Shown one piece after another: positions 55,208-64,000 of a DNA stretch of 64,000 bases; the first letter of the stretch is position 1; each line of letters begins with the position of its first letter. This stretch comes from Syntrophaceae bacterium (lineage in GTDB: Bacteria; Desulfobacterota; Syntrophia; Syntrophales; Smithellaceae). Below the pieces are notes generated by a model, which saw nothing but the letters and a program-made list of their open reading frames with translations, was not told the DNA's origin and searched no databases. Position numbers and translations under genes: made by a program. Location of the stretch: contig PLMQ01000064.1 in assembly GCA_003142535.1 (NCBI GenBank), positions 188,372 through 252,371 of the forward strand. The letters are read 5' to 3'.

Positions 55208-56394
55208 TTAGCCTCCACAACCTCGTCCAGGATAGCTACTGCCTGATCAATATCGCTTTTTGTAATAATCAGGGGCGGAATAAAGCGCAGCGTTTTACCG
55301 CCGGTACAGTTAATTAAAACTCCCCGCTTCATACATTCGTTGACAATTTCTGCGCCTTCAATATCAAGAGCACAAGCAATCATCAGTCCTTTGCCCCGGA
55401 CTTCTTTGATAATCTTATGTTTGCCTTGCAGTTTTTTTAACTGACCCAGAAAATATTCTCCCATTTTGCAGCAATTATCGAGCACACCTTCCTGCAAAAT
55501 TGTTTCCAGAGAAGCTTTAGCTGCCGCCATCGCCAGCGGATTACCGCCAAAAGTGGAGGCGTGATTACCCGGAGTAAAAGCTTTCGCTATTTTATTTGTC
55601 GCCAGCATCGCGCCGACCGGGAAACCATTGCCCAGTGCCTTGGCCAGAGTCATGATATCCGGCTCAATGCCGGAATACTCGTAAGCGAAAAGCTTGCCTG
55701 TCCGGCCGATGCCGGTCTGCACTTCATCCACGATGAGCAGAATATTATGTTTGTCACAAATTTCCCTGACTTTTGCCAAGTACTTGTCATCAGGAATAAT
55801 AACCCCGCCTTCGCCCTGAATCGGCTCAAGCATTATTCCACAAGTTTTAGCGGAAATAGCATTTTCCAGAGCCCTTAAATCATTGAAAGGCACATAGGTA
55901 AAACCCTCCAATAGCGGCGTAAAACCGAACTGAAATTTTTCCTGGCCGGTGGCGGTAATTGTCGCCATCGTCCGTCCATGAAAGGAATCCTTCATGGTAA
56001 TCAATTCAAATTTATCAGCGCCCAGATTTTCGTGCGCGTATTTTCGCGCCAGCTTTATCGCCGCTTCGTTCGCTTCCGCGCCGCTGTTGCAGAAAAACAC
56101 TTTATCCGCGAAAGAATTGTCTACGAGCAGTTTGGCAAGTAATGCTTGAGGTTCGATATAATAAAAATTCGAGACATGGAATAATTTCTGGGCCTGTTCT
56201 TTTAAGGCAGCAACCACCCGCGGATGGCAATGTCCTAAATTACAAACGGCAATTCCCGCCACGAAATCAAGATACTCCTTACCGTTGATATCCCAAACCT
56301 TCTGGCCGGCTCCCTTAACCATTACAACGGGAAACCGCTTATACGTATTCATAATATTTTCATTGGCCAAAGCCATTAATTCTTGTTCATTCAT
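55204..56394 (-). CDS. argD: acetylornithine aminotransferase
   Basis: Motifs NSGAEANE, DEVQTGIGRTG and TLAKALGNG. I moved the start to the ATG at 56394, which has AGGAG 8 nt upstream. Confidence 0.9.
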   Translation of the reverse strand: MNEQELMALANENIMNTYKRFPVVMVKGAGQKVWDINGKEYLDFVAGIAVCNLGHCHPRVVAALKEQAQKLFHVSNFYYIEPQALLAKLLVDNSFADKVFFCNSGAEANEAAIKLARKYAHENLGADKFELITMKDSFHGRTMATITATGQEKFQFGFTPLLEGFTYVPFNDLRALENAISAKTCGIMLEPIQGEGGVIIPDDKYLAKVREICDKHNILLIVDEVQTGIGRTGKLFAYEYSGIEPDIMTLAKALGNGFPVGAMLATNKIAKAFTPGNHASTFGGNPLAMAAAKASLETILQEGVLDNCCKMGEYFLGQLKKLQGKHKIIKEVRGKGLMIACALDIEGAEIVNECMKRGVLINCTGGKTLRFIPPLIITKSDIDQAVAILDEVVEAK

Positions 56395-56430
56395 TTCTTC
56401 TACTCCTTGTAACACAATCAAATTTTTATG

Positions 56431-56598
56431 GCTTCGTAAAATACCCTAACCACCTAAAGGTGACGCGAGGGCACACGAGTTCCAGAGGCAAGGCGCGCAA
56501 AGCCTTCGGAATGAGGTGTATTTTTACATACGCCGCAATGACGAAAGGCTGCAACGCCACCTGAAGGTGGGAACCAGCATATATACTTTTTACGAAGT
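56431..56598. repeat. hairpin-rich modular repeat, copy A
   Basis: Terminal inverted repeat cttcgtaaaa/ttttacgaag. The conserved ~78 nt core is ttccagaggcaaggcgcgcaaagccttcggaatgaggtgtatttttacatacgccgcaatgacgaaaggctgcaacgc. It also contains modules found in reverse orientation at 46018-46113 and 47852-47945. Confidence 0.8.
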
Positions 56599-56603
56599 CA
56601 ATC

Positions 56604-57494
56604 TCACAGGACTATTTCTGTTCCAATCCCCTTATCCGTAAACACTTCCAGCAAAATGGCGTGTTTAAGGCGTCCGTCTATTATGTGGGCCTTTCTTACC
56701 CCACCCTTAAGCGCTTTTAAACAGCACTTAACTTTGGGGAACATACCTCCTTCGACGACACCGTCTTCAATCATTTTTAAAGCTTCATTATTGCTCATTG
56801 TGTTAATCAGCTTCTTATCCTTATCCAGCACGCCCTGAACATCGGTAAGGAGCAACAATTTTTCCGCCTGCAGCGCCGCCGCTACTTCTCCAGCTACGAT
56901 GTCGGCATTGATATTATATGTTTCGCCTTTATCACCAATTCCTGTCGGCGCAATAACCGGAATAAAACTATTTTGCGCCAACGATACAATTAATTGTGTA
57001 TTGATATTTTTCACTTTGCCCACTAAACCGATATCAATAATTTCGGGCGGCGTATTCTTGGCTTTCTCGGCACTTAAGAAATATTTTTCTGCGGAAATTA
57101 AATTACCGTCTTTACCGCTTAGACCCACAGCATTCCCGCCATGCCGATTGATCAAACCAACAATTTCCTTATTCACCATACCGACTAATACCATTTCCAC
57201 AATATTCATCGTTTCTTCATCGGTAACTCGCAGGCCCTGAATGAATTTGGATTCCTTGCCCAGCTTCTTTAAAAATGTGCCAATCTGCGGGCCTCCACCA
57301 TGAACAACAACCGGATTAATGCCGATATATTTCATCATAACCACATCTTGAGCAAACTTATCCTTCAGCTCATTATCAATCATCGCATGGCCGCCGTATT
57401 TGATGACAATTGTCTTATTATAAAATCGCCGAATATAAGGCAGAGCTTCCAAAAGGATATCCGCCCGTTCCATTGAACTCTGAATATGTTCCAT
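56604..57494 (-). CDS. argB: acetylglutamate kinase
   Basis: Motifs [18 protein letters not shown] and [14 protein letters not shown] moved the start to the ATG at 57494 (GGAGAGG upstream). The longer track ORF runs into repeat B. Confidence 0.9.
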   Translation of the reverse strand: MEHIQSSMERADILLEALPYIRRFYNKTIVIKYGGHAMIDNELKDKFAQDVVMMKYIGINPVVVHGGGPQIGTFLKKLGKESKFIQGLRVTDEETMNIVEMVLVGMVNKEIVGLINRHGGNAVGLSGKDGNLISAEKYFLSAEKAKNTPPEIIDIGLVGKVKNINTQLIVSLAQNSFIPVIAPTGIGDKGETYNINADIVAGEVAAALQAEKLLLLTDVQGVLDKDKKLINTMSNNEALKMIEDGVVEGGMFPKVKCCLKALKGGVRKAHIIDGRLKHAILLEVFTDKGIGTEIVL

Positions 57495-57511
57495 TTTCCT
57501 CTCCTCTACAA

Positions 57512-57636
57512 ACGTCATTGTAAAAAGTTCCAGAGGCAAGGCGCGCAAAGCCTTCGAAGTGAGGCGTATTTTTGCATACGCCGCAACGACGAAAGGCTGA
57601 AGCGCAACGCCGCAGATGGACTTTTTACAATGACGT
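57512..57636. repeat. hairpin-rich modular repeat, copy B
   Basis: A 17 bp perfect terminal inverted repeat acgtcattgtaaaaagt/actttttacaatgacgt flanks the same core as copy A (my hand count: 7 mismatches in 78). The right arm abuts the hslU stop codon. Confidence 0.85.
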
Positions 57637-59030
57637 TACAAGATGTATCTGCTTAAGTCTTCATCCTCAACAATTTCATCCAACTTCTCATCCACATACT
57701 TGGCATCAATCGCTATTTTCTTTTCCTTCATATCCGGTGCATCAAAGGAAATCTCATCCAGTAGTGTTTCCATAATTGTATAAAGTCTTCTGGCTCCGAT
57801 ATTTTCTGTCTTTTCGTTAACCTGTGTTGCCACTTCGGCAATAGCAGCTACGGCATCATCCGTAAAAGACAATTTTATTCCTTCCGTAGCCATCATTTCC
57901 ACATACTGCTTAACCAGAGCATTTTTAGGCTCAGTCAATATCCTGATAAATTCTTCTTTGCCCAGCGAATCAAGCTCCACACGAATGGGAAAACGTCCCT
58001 GCAATTCCGGAATCAGATCGGATGGCTTGGATGCAGTGAACGCCCCCGCGGCAATAAACAGAATGTGATCTGTTCTCACCATTCCGTAACGCGTATTTAC
58101 ATTGGAACCTTCCACAATCGGCAGCAAATCTCTTTGTACACCTTCCCGGGAAACATCCGGACCATGTGGTGAATCGCTGCCGACAATTTTATCAATTTCA
58201 TCTAAAAAGATGATCCCTGATTGCTCTACTCTATCCAAAGCAGTTTTCGTAACTTTATCCATATCAATTAACTTTTGCGCTTCTTCTTCCTCCAGTATTT
58301 CCAATGCTTCGGGAACCTTGACTGTCCTTCTCTTCTTTTTTTGCGGAAATACGTTACCCAGCATATCCTTGATATTCAGCCCCATATCTTCCATTCCTGC
58401 TGCAGAAAATATCTCAATCATCGGGCCGCTTCTGGTCTCGGTAACCTCCAGTTCCACCATCCGGTTGTCCAGCTTGCCGTCTTTGAGCAGTTGCCTTAAT
58501 TTCTCCCGCGTGGCATCGGCTTTTTTCATTTGCTCTTCTGCGGTCGGAATGTTTTCTGTATTGCTTTCCGAATTGGTCAGCATATCGCCTACGTTTTTTT
58601 CCGTCGCCCTTGGCGGCAGCAATAAATCAAGCAGCTTTTCCTCGGCAATTTCGGCGGCCTTGGTCTGAACATTTTCCTGCTCCTCCGATTTGACCATATT
58701 TATCGAAAGTTCAACCAGATCGCGAATCATGGATTCGACATCGCGTCCGACGTAACCAACTTCCGTAAATTTGGAAGCTTCGACTTTCAGAAACGGTGAA
58801 TTATCCAGCTTCGCCAGCCTGCGGGCAATTTCCGTTTTACCTACTCCGGTGGGACCGATCATAATAATATTTTTGGGTGATATTTCATCAGCCAATTCTG
58901 CCGGCACATTCTGCCTGCGCCACCTGTTGCGCAGCGCTATTGCCACAGCTCTTTTTGCATCGCCCTGCCCTATTATATGCCGGTCAAGTTTTTCCACTAT
59001 TTGCCGGGGTGTTAACCCATTATTGGTCAT
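57636..59030 (-). CDS. hslU: ATP-dependent protease ATPase subunit HslU
   Basis: [34 protein letters not shown], then [15 protein letters not shown]. Confidence 0.95.
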   Translation of the reverse strand: MTNNGLTPRQIVEKLDRHIIGQGDAKRAVAIALRNRWRRQNVPAELADEISPKNIIMIGPTGVGKTEIARRLAKLDNSPFLKVEASKFTEVGYVGRDVESMIRDLVELSINMVKSEEQENVQTKAAEIAEEKLLDLLLPPRATEKNVGDMLTNSESNTENIPTAEEQMKKADATREKLRQLLKDGKLDNRMVELEVTETRSGPMIEIFSAAGMEDMGLNIKDMLGNVFPQKKKRRTVKVPEALEILEEEEAQKLIDMDKVTKTALDRVEQSGIIFLDEIDKIVGSDSPHGPDVSREGVQRDLLPIVEGSNVNTRYGMVRTDHILFIAAGAFTASKPSDLIPELQGRFPIRVELDSLGKEEFIRILTEPKNALVKQYVEMMATEGIKLSFTDDAVAAIAEVATQVNEKTENIGARRLYTIMETLLDEISFDAPDMKEKKIAIDAKYVDEKLDEIVEDEDLSRYIL

Positions 59031-59626
59031 TTTAAATTATGCTCCTTATCTTTACCCTTTTTCTTTTCTGTCTTCAGCTCCTTCTCAGCAGCAACTTCTA
59101 TTTCTTCCAGTGTAATATGATCATTTGTATAGATACAAATTTCTGATGCTATCTTCATCGCTTCTTTGGCAATTTCTGTTGAAGATAAAGTTGTATGACG
59201 CACCAGTGCCCGCGCGGCTGCCTGCGCATAAGGCCCGCCCGAACCGATGGCCATAACGTCGTCATCGGATTCAATTACATCGCCGTTTCCGGAAATTATC
59301 AGCGAATATTCTTTACTGACAGCAATCATCAGCGCCTCTAAATGCCGCAATACACGGTCGGTGCGCCAGTCCTTGGTCAATTCCACAGCCGCCCGCAGTA
59401 GATTGCCGTTATATTGTTCCAGCTTTTGGTCAAAGCGATCAAATAAGGTAAAGGCATCCGCCGTCGCGCCGGCAAATCCGACAATTATTTCGTCATTATA
59501 TAACCGCCGAACTTTGCGGGCGCCATGCTTTAAAATAGTTGTATCGAGTGTTACCTGGCCGTCACCGGCTACAGTCACCTTGCCATTCTTCTTCACCGAC
59601 AAAATAGTTGTTCCACGAATGTGCAT
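59027..59626 (-). CDS. hslV: ATP-dependent protease subunit HslV (5-residue N-terminal extension, Lys-rich tail)
   Basis: [26 protein letters not shown], then [10 protein letters not shown]. It overlaps hslU by 4 nt. Confidence 0.9.
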   Translation of the reverse strand: MHIRGTTILSVKKNGKVTVAGDGQVTLDTTILKHGARKVRRLYNDEIIVGFAGATADAFTLFDRFDQKLEQYNGNLLRAAVELTKDWRTDRVLRHLEALMIAVSKEYSLIISGNGDVIESDDDVMAIGSGGPYAQAAARALVRHTTLSSTEIAKEAMKIASEICIYTNDHITLEEIEVAAEKELKTEKKKGKDKEHNLK

Positions 59627-59729
59627 CTTGTTCTCCTTGAAAAAAATCCTTCGTTCGTTTCACTCGCGCGGGATAAATTCGACTAAAGCATTTTCCGGCG
59701 GCTTCGCCTTGAAAAAACCCAAGTCTCAT

Positions 59730-60644
59730 TTACTTGTTTTTAGCTCGCGGATGCGCTTTATCGTAAATCTCCATCATACGATTAATATTTACCGCCGTAT
59801 ATTTCTGCGTGGTCGAAAGGCTCTCATGCCCCAGCAATTCCTGAATTGCCCGCAAATCCGCTCCGGCATTTAAAAGATGCGTAGCAAAACTATGCCGCAA
59901 TGCATGCGGGCTAATCTTCCGGCCAATGCCGCTTTTTTTTGTCACCTCATCAACAATCCGGGCAATACTGCGTACTGTTATCCTTTTACCTCGCAAATTC
60001 AAAAACAGCGGATTTTTCCAGACATCATTATTTATTTTTTTCCTTACATCAGCGGTTTTCTTTAAATACTCCCGGACAGCATTTAGCGCCGGTCCTCCAA
60101 CTGGGACTATTCTTTCTTTTTTGCCCTTCCCGCGCACCTTAACCAGCGCCTGATTAAAATCAAGATCATTTACATCAAGCCCCGCCAATTCGCTAAGCCG
60201 CAGCCCGCATGAATAAAATAATTCCAGCATGGCCTGATTGCGCAAGCCCGGTATAGTATCACTCTTAACTTTTAAAAGATCAAACATCTCATCAACCGAC
60301 AGAAATATCGGTATATACTTTTCCGTTTTTGCTGACTGAATCAATCCCGCCGGGTTTATTTTTGCTTTCCCGGCACGTATTAAATATTTGTAAAATGCTC
60401 TCAGCGAGGATATTTTCCGGTTAACTGTTACCTTTTTTACCTTCTTCCTGAAGAGATATCCCAGATAAACCCGAACAGTTTCCGCTTCCACATGGGGAAG
60501 GCTATCGGCATCTTTAATAAATTCATTTTTTTGGAGAAACCCGGCAAACTCTTCAACATCAGATATATATGCTAATCTGGTATGATCGGAAACATTTCGT
60601 TCAACCTGTAAATAAGTTTGAAAATCCCTAATGAGATTATTCAT
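59730..60644 (-). CDS. xerC: tyrosine site-specific recombinase XerC/XerD
   Basis: Motifs LELFYSCGLRLSELAGL, HALRHSFATHLL and LGHESLSTTQKYT. It shows the conserved xerC-hslV-hslU synteny. Confidence 0.85.
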   Translation of the reverse strand: MNNLIRDFQTYLQVERNVSDHTRLAYISDVEEFAGFLQKNEFIKDADSLPHVEAETVRVYLGYLFRKKVKKVTVNRKISSLRAFYKYLIRAGKAKINPAGLIQSAKTEKYIPIFLSVDEMFDLLKVKSDTIPGLRNQAMLELFYSCGLRLSELAGLDVNDLDFNQALVKVRGKGKKERIVPVGGPALNAVREYLKKTADVRKKINNDVWKNPLFLNLRGKRITVRSIARIVDEVTKKSGIGRKISPHALRHSFATHLLNAGADLRAIQELLGHESLSTTQKYTAVNINRMMEIYDKAHPRAKNK

Positions 60645-60650
60645 AATTTT

Positions 60651-61151
60651 TTACATCTTGTATTTGCCGAAATCTTCAGCGGAAAGATTCTCCAGAAATT
60701 CCTTTACTTTTTCTTCCTTCAATTTATCCAGATCGGTTATCTTGATGCCAAAATCGACATTACGCGATTTTTCAATAACGTTTTCGTCAATAAATATCGG
60801 GGCGTGGGCACGCAGAGCCAAGGCAATCGCATCGCTGGGTCTTGCATCTATCGTAAACTCCCGGCCTTCCCTGCTCATATTAATATTAGCAAAAAAAGTA
60901 TTATTGCGAATATCTACAATTTCAATTTTATTGACCGTCACATTTAAAGTTTTCAAACATTCGTTGAGCAAATCATGTGTCATTGGCCGGGAAAAAGTAA
61001 TTTTTTCCAGTTCCGTGGCGATAGCACTGGCCTCAAAAAGTCCTATCCAGATGGGAATGGCTTTATTTTCCTGCAAGTCTTTTAATATTACTATGGGTGT
61101 ATTGGTTATGGGATCAATGGTTAATCCGGTCACTTTCATCTCAATTAACAT
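60651..61151 (-). CDS. bifunctional nuclease (BFN/DUF151) family protein
   Basis: Motifs PIWIGLFEASAI and DARPSDAIALALRAHAPIF. I moved the start to the ATG at 61151, which has GGAGG 6 nt upstream. Confidence 0.75.
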   Translation of the reverse strand: MLIEMKVTGLTIDPITNTPIVILKDLQENKAIPIWIGLFEASAIATELEKITFSRPMTHDLLNECLKTLNVTVNKIEIVDIRNNTFFANINMSREGREFTIDARPSDAIALALRAHAPIFIDENVIEKSRNVDFGIKITDLDKLKEEKVKEFLENLSAEDFGKYKM

Positions 61152-62481
61152 TCCCAACCTCCTCAATCAATTTACCACGCAGTGAATGTAAATAGGCTTT
61201 GGTAATTTTTACATCAACCAATTTACCCACTAACTCCGGGTTTCCTTTAAAATTAACAATTTTCCAGGAGCTGGCGCGTCCCATCAGTTCACTTTCGGAA
61301 TTTTTACTTTTTCCCTCTATTAATAATTCCTGCCAGCTTCCTTCCAGCTCTGTATTCTTTTCCAATGTATGCATATCCTGCAGCGCTTGCAACTGTTTTA
61401 AACGCCGCTGTTTTTCACCATCCTCGATTTTTCCTTCTAATTTCTCAGCCGCCGTACCTTTCCTTTCTGAATACTTGAAGGAAAATGTGGAATCAAACCT
61501 GATTTTTTCCATCATGTCAATGGTTTCTTGATAATCTTTTTGCGTTTCCCCGGGGAAACCGACAATTATGTCCGATGTGATACTTATCAGCGAACAAACC
61601 TTGCGCAAATTATCAACTTTTTTTATGTATTCCTCTACTGTATAACCGCGGTTCATTAAAGCTAAAACCCTGTTGGAACCGGATTGCACAGGCAGATGAA
61701 TATGCTTGCATAACTTTTCCTCTTCAGCAAAACAATTTATTAGCTCCTCCGATAAATCACGGGGATGAGACGTGGTAAAACGAATCCTTTCTATGCCGGA
61801 AAGCTTGCCTATTTTCCTGATCAACGCCGCAAAATTTAAGCCGTTCCCCAAAGTTTTCCCGTAAGAATTAACATTCTGCCCCAGAAGTGTTACTTCTTTA
61901 ATGCCGTCAGCGGCTAATCTTGTTATTTCACTTATAATCTCTTCCGGCTGGCGGCTCATTTCCGGCCCGCGTAAATAGGGAACCACACAGTAGGCACAAA
62001 AATTATTGCAGCCCTGCATGATCGTCACAAACGCACTTATGGAACCATTTCCCGGCGTAGCATAAATGCCAATCGAGTTGAGCGATTTATGAAAATCAAC
62101 ATTGGTAATTTTTTCTCTTTTCTTTTGGAGAGAAGCTACCATCTCCGGCAGACGATGAATGTTGTGCGTACCGAAAACAAAATCCAGATGCCTTACTCTT
62201 TTATGAAATTTAGTTCCTAAATGCTGCGCCAGACAACCACCTACTCCAATAATTAAATCCGGATTCTGCTCTTTGAATTTGCCTAACCTGCCCAACTCAC
62301 TGTAAACTTTATGCGCTGCCTTTTCTCTGATGGAGCACGTATTAAACAGGATTAAATCAGCCAGCTTCATATTATCGGTCTGCTTATAACCACTATCGGT
62401 AAGCAGTGCCGCCATTTGTTCCGAATCATGAACATTCATTTGGCAGCCGAATGTTTCAATATATAAATATTTGTTTTTCAT
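61141..62481 (-). CDS. miaB: tRNA-2-methylthio-N6-dimethylallyladenosine synthase
   Basis: It begins YIETFGCQMNVHDSE. The radical SAM motif is CNNFCAYCVVP. It has a C-terminal TRAM domain. Confidence 0.9.
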   Translation of the reverse strand: MKNKYLYIETFGCQMNVHDSEQMAALLTDSGYKQTDNMKLADLILFNTCSIREKAAHKVYSELGRLGKFKEQNPDLIIGVGGCLAQHLGTKFHKRVRHLDFVFGTHNIHRLPEMVASLQKKREKITNVDFHKSLNSIGIYATPGNGSISAFVTIMQGCNNFCAYCVVPYLRGPEMSRQPEEIISEITRLAADGIKEVTLLGQNVNSYGKTLGNGLNFAALIRKIGKLSGIERIRFTTSHPRDLSEELINCFAEEEKLCKHIHLPVQSGSNRVLALMNRGYTVEEYIKKVDNLRKVCSLISITSDIIVGFPGETQKDYQETIDMMEKIRFDSTFSFKYSERKGTAAEKLEGKIEDGEKQRRLKQLQALQDMHTLEKNTELEGSWQELLIEGKSKNSESELMGRASSWKIVNFKGNPELVGKLVDVKITKAYLHSLRGKLIEEVGNVN

Positions 62482-62526
62482 CGTCTAAAAATTACCTACT
62501 ATAAAACTAATTTTCCTTCAATTTAC

Positions 62527-62706
62527 GGCTTTGTAAAATACCCTAAAGGGCACAAGAGCTTCAGAGGCGAGGCGCACAAAGCCTTCGGAATGAGGCGTAT
62601 TTTTAACATACGCCGCAGTGACGAGAGGCTGCAGCGCATCCGGCATTCGCCGGATGCGCTGCAGCATATGCTTGCCCGGCGCATGCTGGGGATTTTTTAC
62701 AAGGTC
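62527..62706. repeat. hairpin-rich modular repeat, copy C, with a nested GC-rich perfect palindrome
   Basis: Terminal inverted repeat ctttgtaaaa/ttttacaagg with the same core as copies A and B. The segment taccctaaagggcacaagag is the exact reverse complement of 46047-46066. The nested palindrome at 62629-62664 has 16 bp arms and a 4 nt loop. Confidence 0.8.
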
Positions 62707-63106
62707 GTCTTGCGGATAGCCTTAATATTTCAATATTAGTTAGTCAATAAGTTTTTGAGACTTTACAGGCATTTTTCTTTTAAAAATATCACCATTGTGC
62801 TATGTTTTAATTATAAATTTGGAAAAATAGTGAATTGTCCAGAGTAAAAATTTACCCCTATGCTTCAAAGGATTGGCAAACCAAAGAGAGGTTGATAATA
62901 ACTAGTATGGTGTCCCCAGATTTTCCTAAGAGGATAGTCGTCCCGGTATATTTTGTGGTCAGTTTTTCATTGACATACAAGAATAATGTTTCTATATTCT
63001 TTAAAGGTGAAAGTAAGTTCTTATTAAACAAGACGTAATATATGTCTTAATGACTCTCTAATATGATAATAAAGTAGCCTACTCAGTAAAGCAATAGGAG
63101 ATAAAC

Positions 63107-63955
63107 ATGTCACTAGGTATAGTTATTAAAGTCCCTGAAGGGCTAGTACTAGCAGCTGAGAGCAGAATCACGCTCGCAGCACAGATGAATACTCCGACGG
63201 GCAAGCAGCAATTACCAGTATATTTTGATAATGCTACCAAGTTATTAAGTTTCTCTTCACCAAATAAAACGGTGGGAGTTGTGACTTATGGACAGGCTGT
63301 AATAGGTAAAGATAATCCTCGAACTGCTGCTAGTTTCATTCCTGAATTTGAAGCCAGCTTATCTAAAGAACGTTTATCAGTTTTGGATTTTGCTAAAAAA
63401 ATTAGTGAATTTTACTTAAAGCAATGGAATTCATCTATGCCACCTATTGATAAAATAGGTCCTCTCCCCAATATGACATTCGTAGTTGCTGGATTTAACA
63501 TCGATGATGTATATGGTCAAGTCTATGTAATTGAAATACCACGCAACCCAGAACCAAAAGAAAGAAGTGTTAATAATGATTTTGGTATCACATTTGGTGG
63601 TCAGCAAGAAATAGTTTCTAGGATAATAATGGGTTACGATATTAGATTACCTATGGTATTAATTAATGAATTGAATCTTTCTGAAGAACATAAAACTAAA
63701 CTTAATAAAATTTTAAGTCAATTTGCATTTCCGATTCCATTGCAAGTACTAGCTTTACAGGATGGAATTGATTTAGCACATTTTTTTATACAAACAACAA
63801 TGGATGCCCAAAAACTTTCCATGGGTCTAAGAGGAGTTGGGGGAGCTATAGACATAGCAATTATTAAACGCAACAAGCCTCTTAAATTTATTCAGAGGAA
63901 GCAGGAGCATGGCGAATTCGGAGTAATAAACTACGAATCTAAAGGAGATCAATAA
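63107..63955 (+). CDS. proteasome beta-subunit-like Ntn hydrolase (predicted Ser1 nucleophile, no propeptide)
   Basis: By eye it aligns to 20S beta/HslV landmarks. MS/LGIVIKVPEGLVLAAESRIT matches TTIVGIK..GVVLAADTR. It also has DNATKLL (Lys33 region), VGVVTYGQA, FVVAGFNIDDVYGQVYVIE, ITFGGQQ and GVGGAIDIAIIKRN. Confidence 0.55.
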   Translation: MSLGIVIKVPEGLVLAAESRITLAAQMNTPTGKQQLPVYFDNATKLLSFSSPNKTVGVVTYGQAVIGKDNPRTAASFIPEFEASLSKERLSVLDFAKKISEFYLKQWNSSMPPIDKIGPLPNMTFVVAGFNIDDVYGQVYVIEIPRNPEPKERSVNNDFGITFGGQQEIVSRIIMGYDIRLPMVLINELNLSEEHKTKLNKILSQFAFPIPLQVLALQDGIDLAHFFIQTTMDAQKLSMGLRGVGGAIDIAIIKRNKPLKFIQRKQEHGEFGVINYESKGDQ

Positions 63956-64000
63956 TGCCAGAAGAATTAACGATAGAATACAATATGGGAAATTATCATG
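63955..64000 (+). CDS. start of an unidentified gene translationally coupled to the Ntn hydrolase gene
   Basis: The ATG at 63955 overlaps the TAA stop (TAATG). AAAGGAG lies 7 nt upstream. It reads MPEELTIEYNMGNYH and runs off the window. Confidence 0.35.
   Translation, partial: MPEELTIEYNMGNYH

Noticed and set aside
58102-58668. 188 aa plus-strand ORF, and other antisense ORFs inside hslU, argB, dapA, xerC and the BFN gene
   Set aside because: Their composition is low-complexity and Ser/Leu/Ile-rich. Each is fully contained within a strongly supported conserved gene on the other strand, and none has translation signals.

Overview
AT-rich window from a diderm (Gram-negative-type) bacterium. 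Evidence for diderm: a secretin, lipoproteins, an L,D-transpeptidase and sigma54-dependent regulation. I cannot name the taxon from sequence alone. All family calls rest on motifs I can read in the ORF translations; no searches were run.

Layout:
(a) 1-3588: a minus-strand operon of four pilin-like minor pilins, preceded by an ECF sigma factor and two paralogous 4-TM proteins.
(b) 3763-31447: a ~28 kb sugar-nucleotide and glycosylation island. It holds four GT2 enzymes of the polyprenyl-P-sugar-synthase type, four giant GT-C-like membrane proteins (two with TPR tails), a split transketolase, an NDP-aminosugar set, a FemAB-like transferase, an inserted hicBA module and one high-GC gene that looks foreign.
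(c) 31733-44018: an MSHA-like type IV pilus cluster. In transcription order (all minus strand): PilM-PilN fusion, PilO-like, PilP-like, lipidated secretin, ExeA/MshM-like ATPase, MshE-type ATPase, PilC platform, a membrane-anchored sigma54 activator, then three tandem near-identical major pilin genes.
(d) 44329-62481: housekeeping genes. These are an L,D-transpeptidase, tRNA-Cys and tRNA-Gly, an alpha/beta hydrolase, pgsA, tal, folK, dapB, dapA, argH, argG, argF, argD, argB, hslU, hslV, xerC, a BFN nuclease and miaB. The intergenic gaps here carry a family of hairpin-rich modular repeats.
(e) 62707-64000: a lower-GC stretch that begins with a proteasome-beta-like Ntn hydrolase carrying a predicted N-terminal Ser.

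I saw no rRNA, CRISPR array, transposase or prophage genes.

The strongest candidates for new biology are:
- the lipid-carrier/GT-C glycosylation island wedged between the minor and major pilin genes, possibly pilin glycosylation;
- its split-transketolase sugar operon;
- the FemAB-like plus MprF-flippase-like gene pair;
- the membrane-tethered sigma54 activator next to the triplicated pilins;
- the Ser-type proteasome homolog at the right edge.
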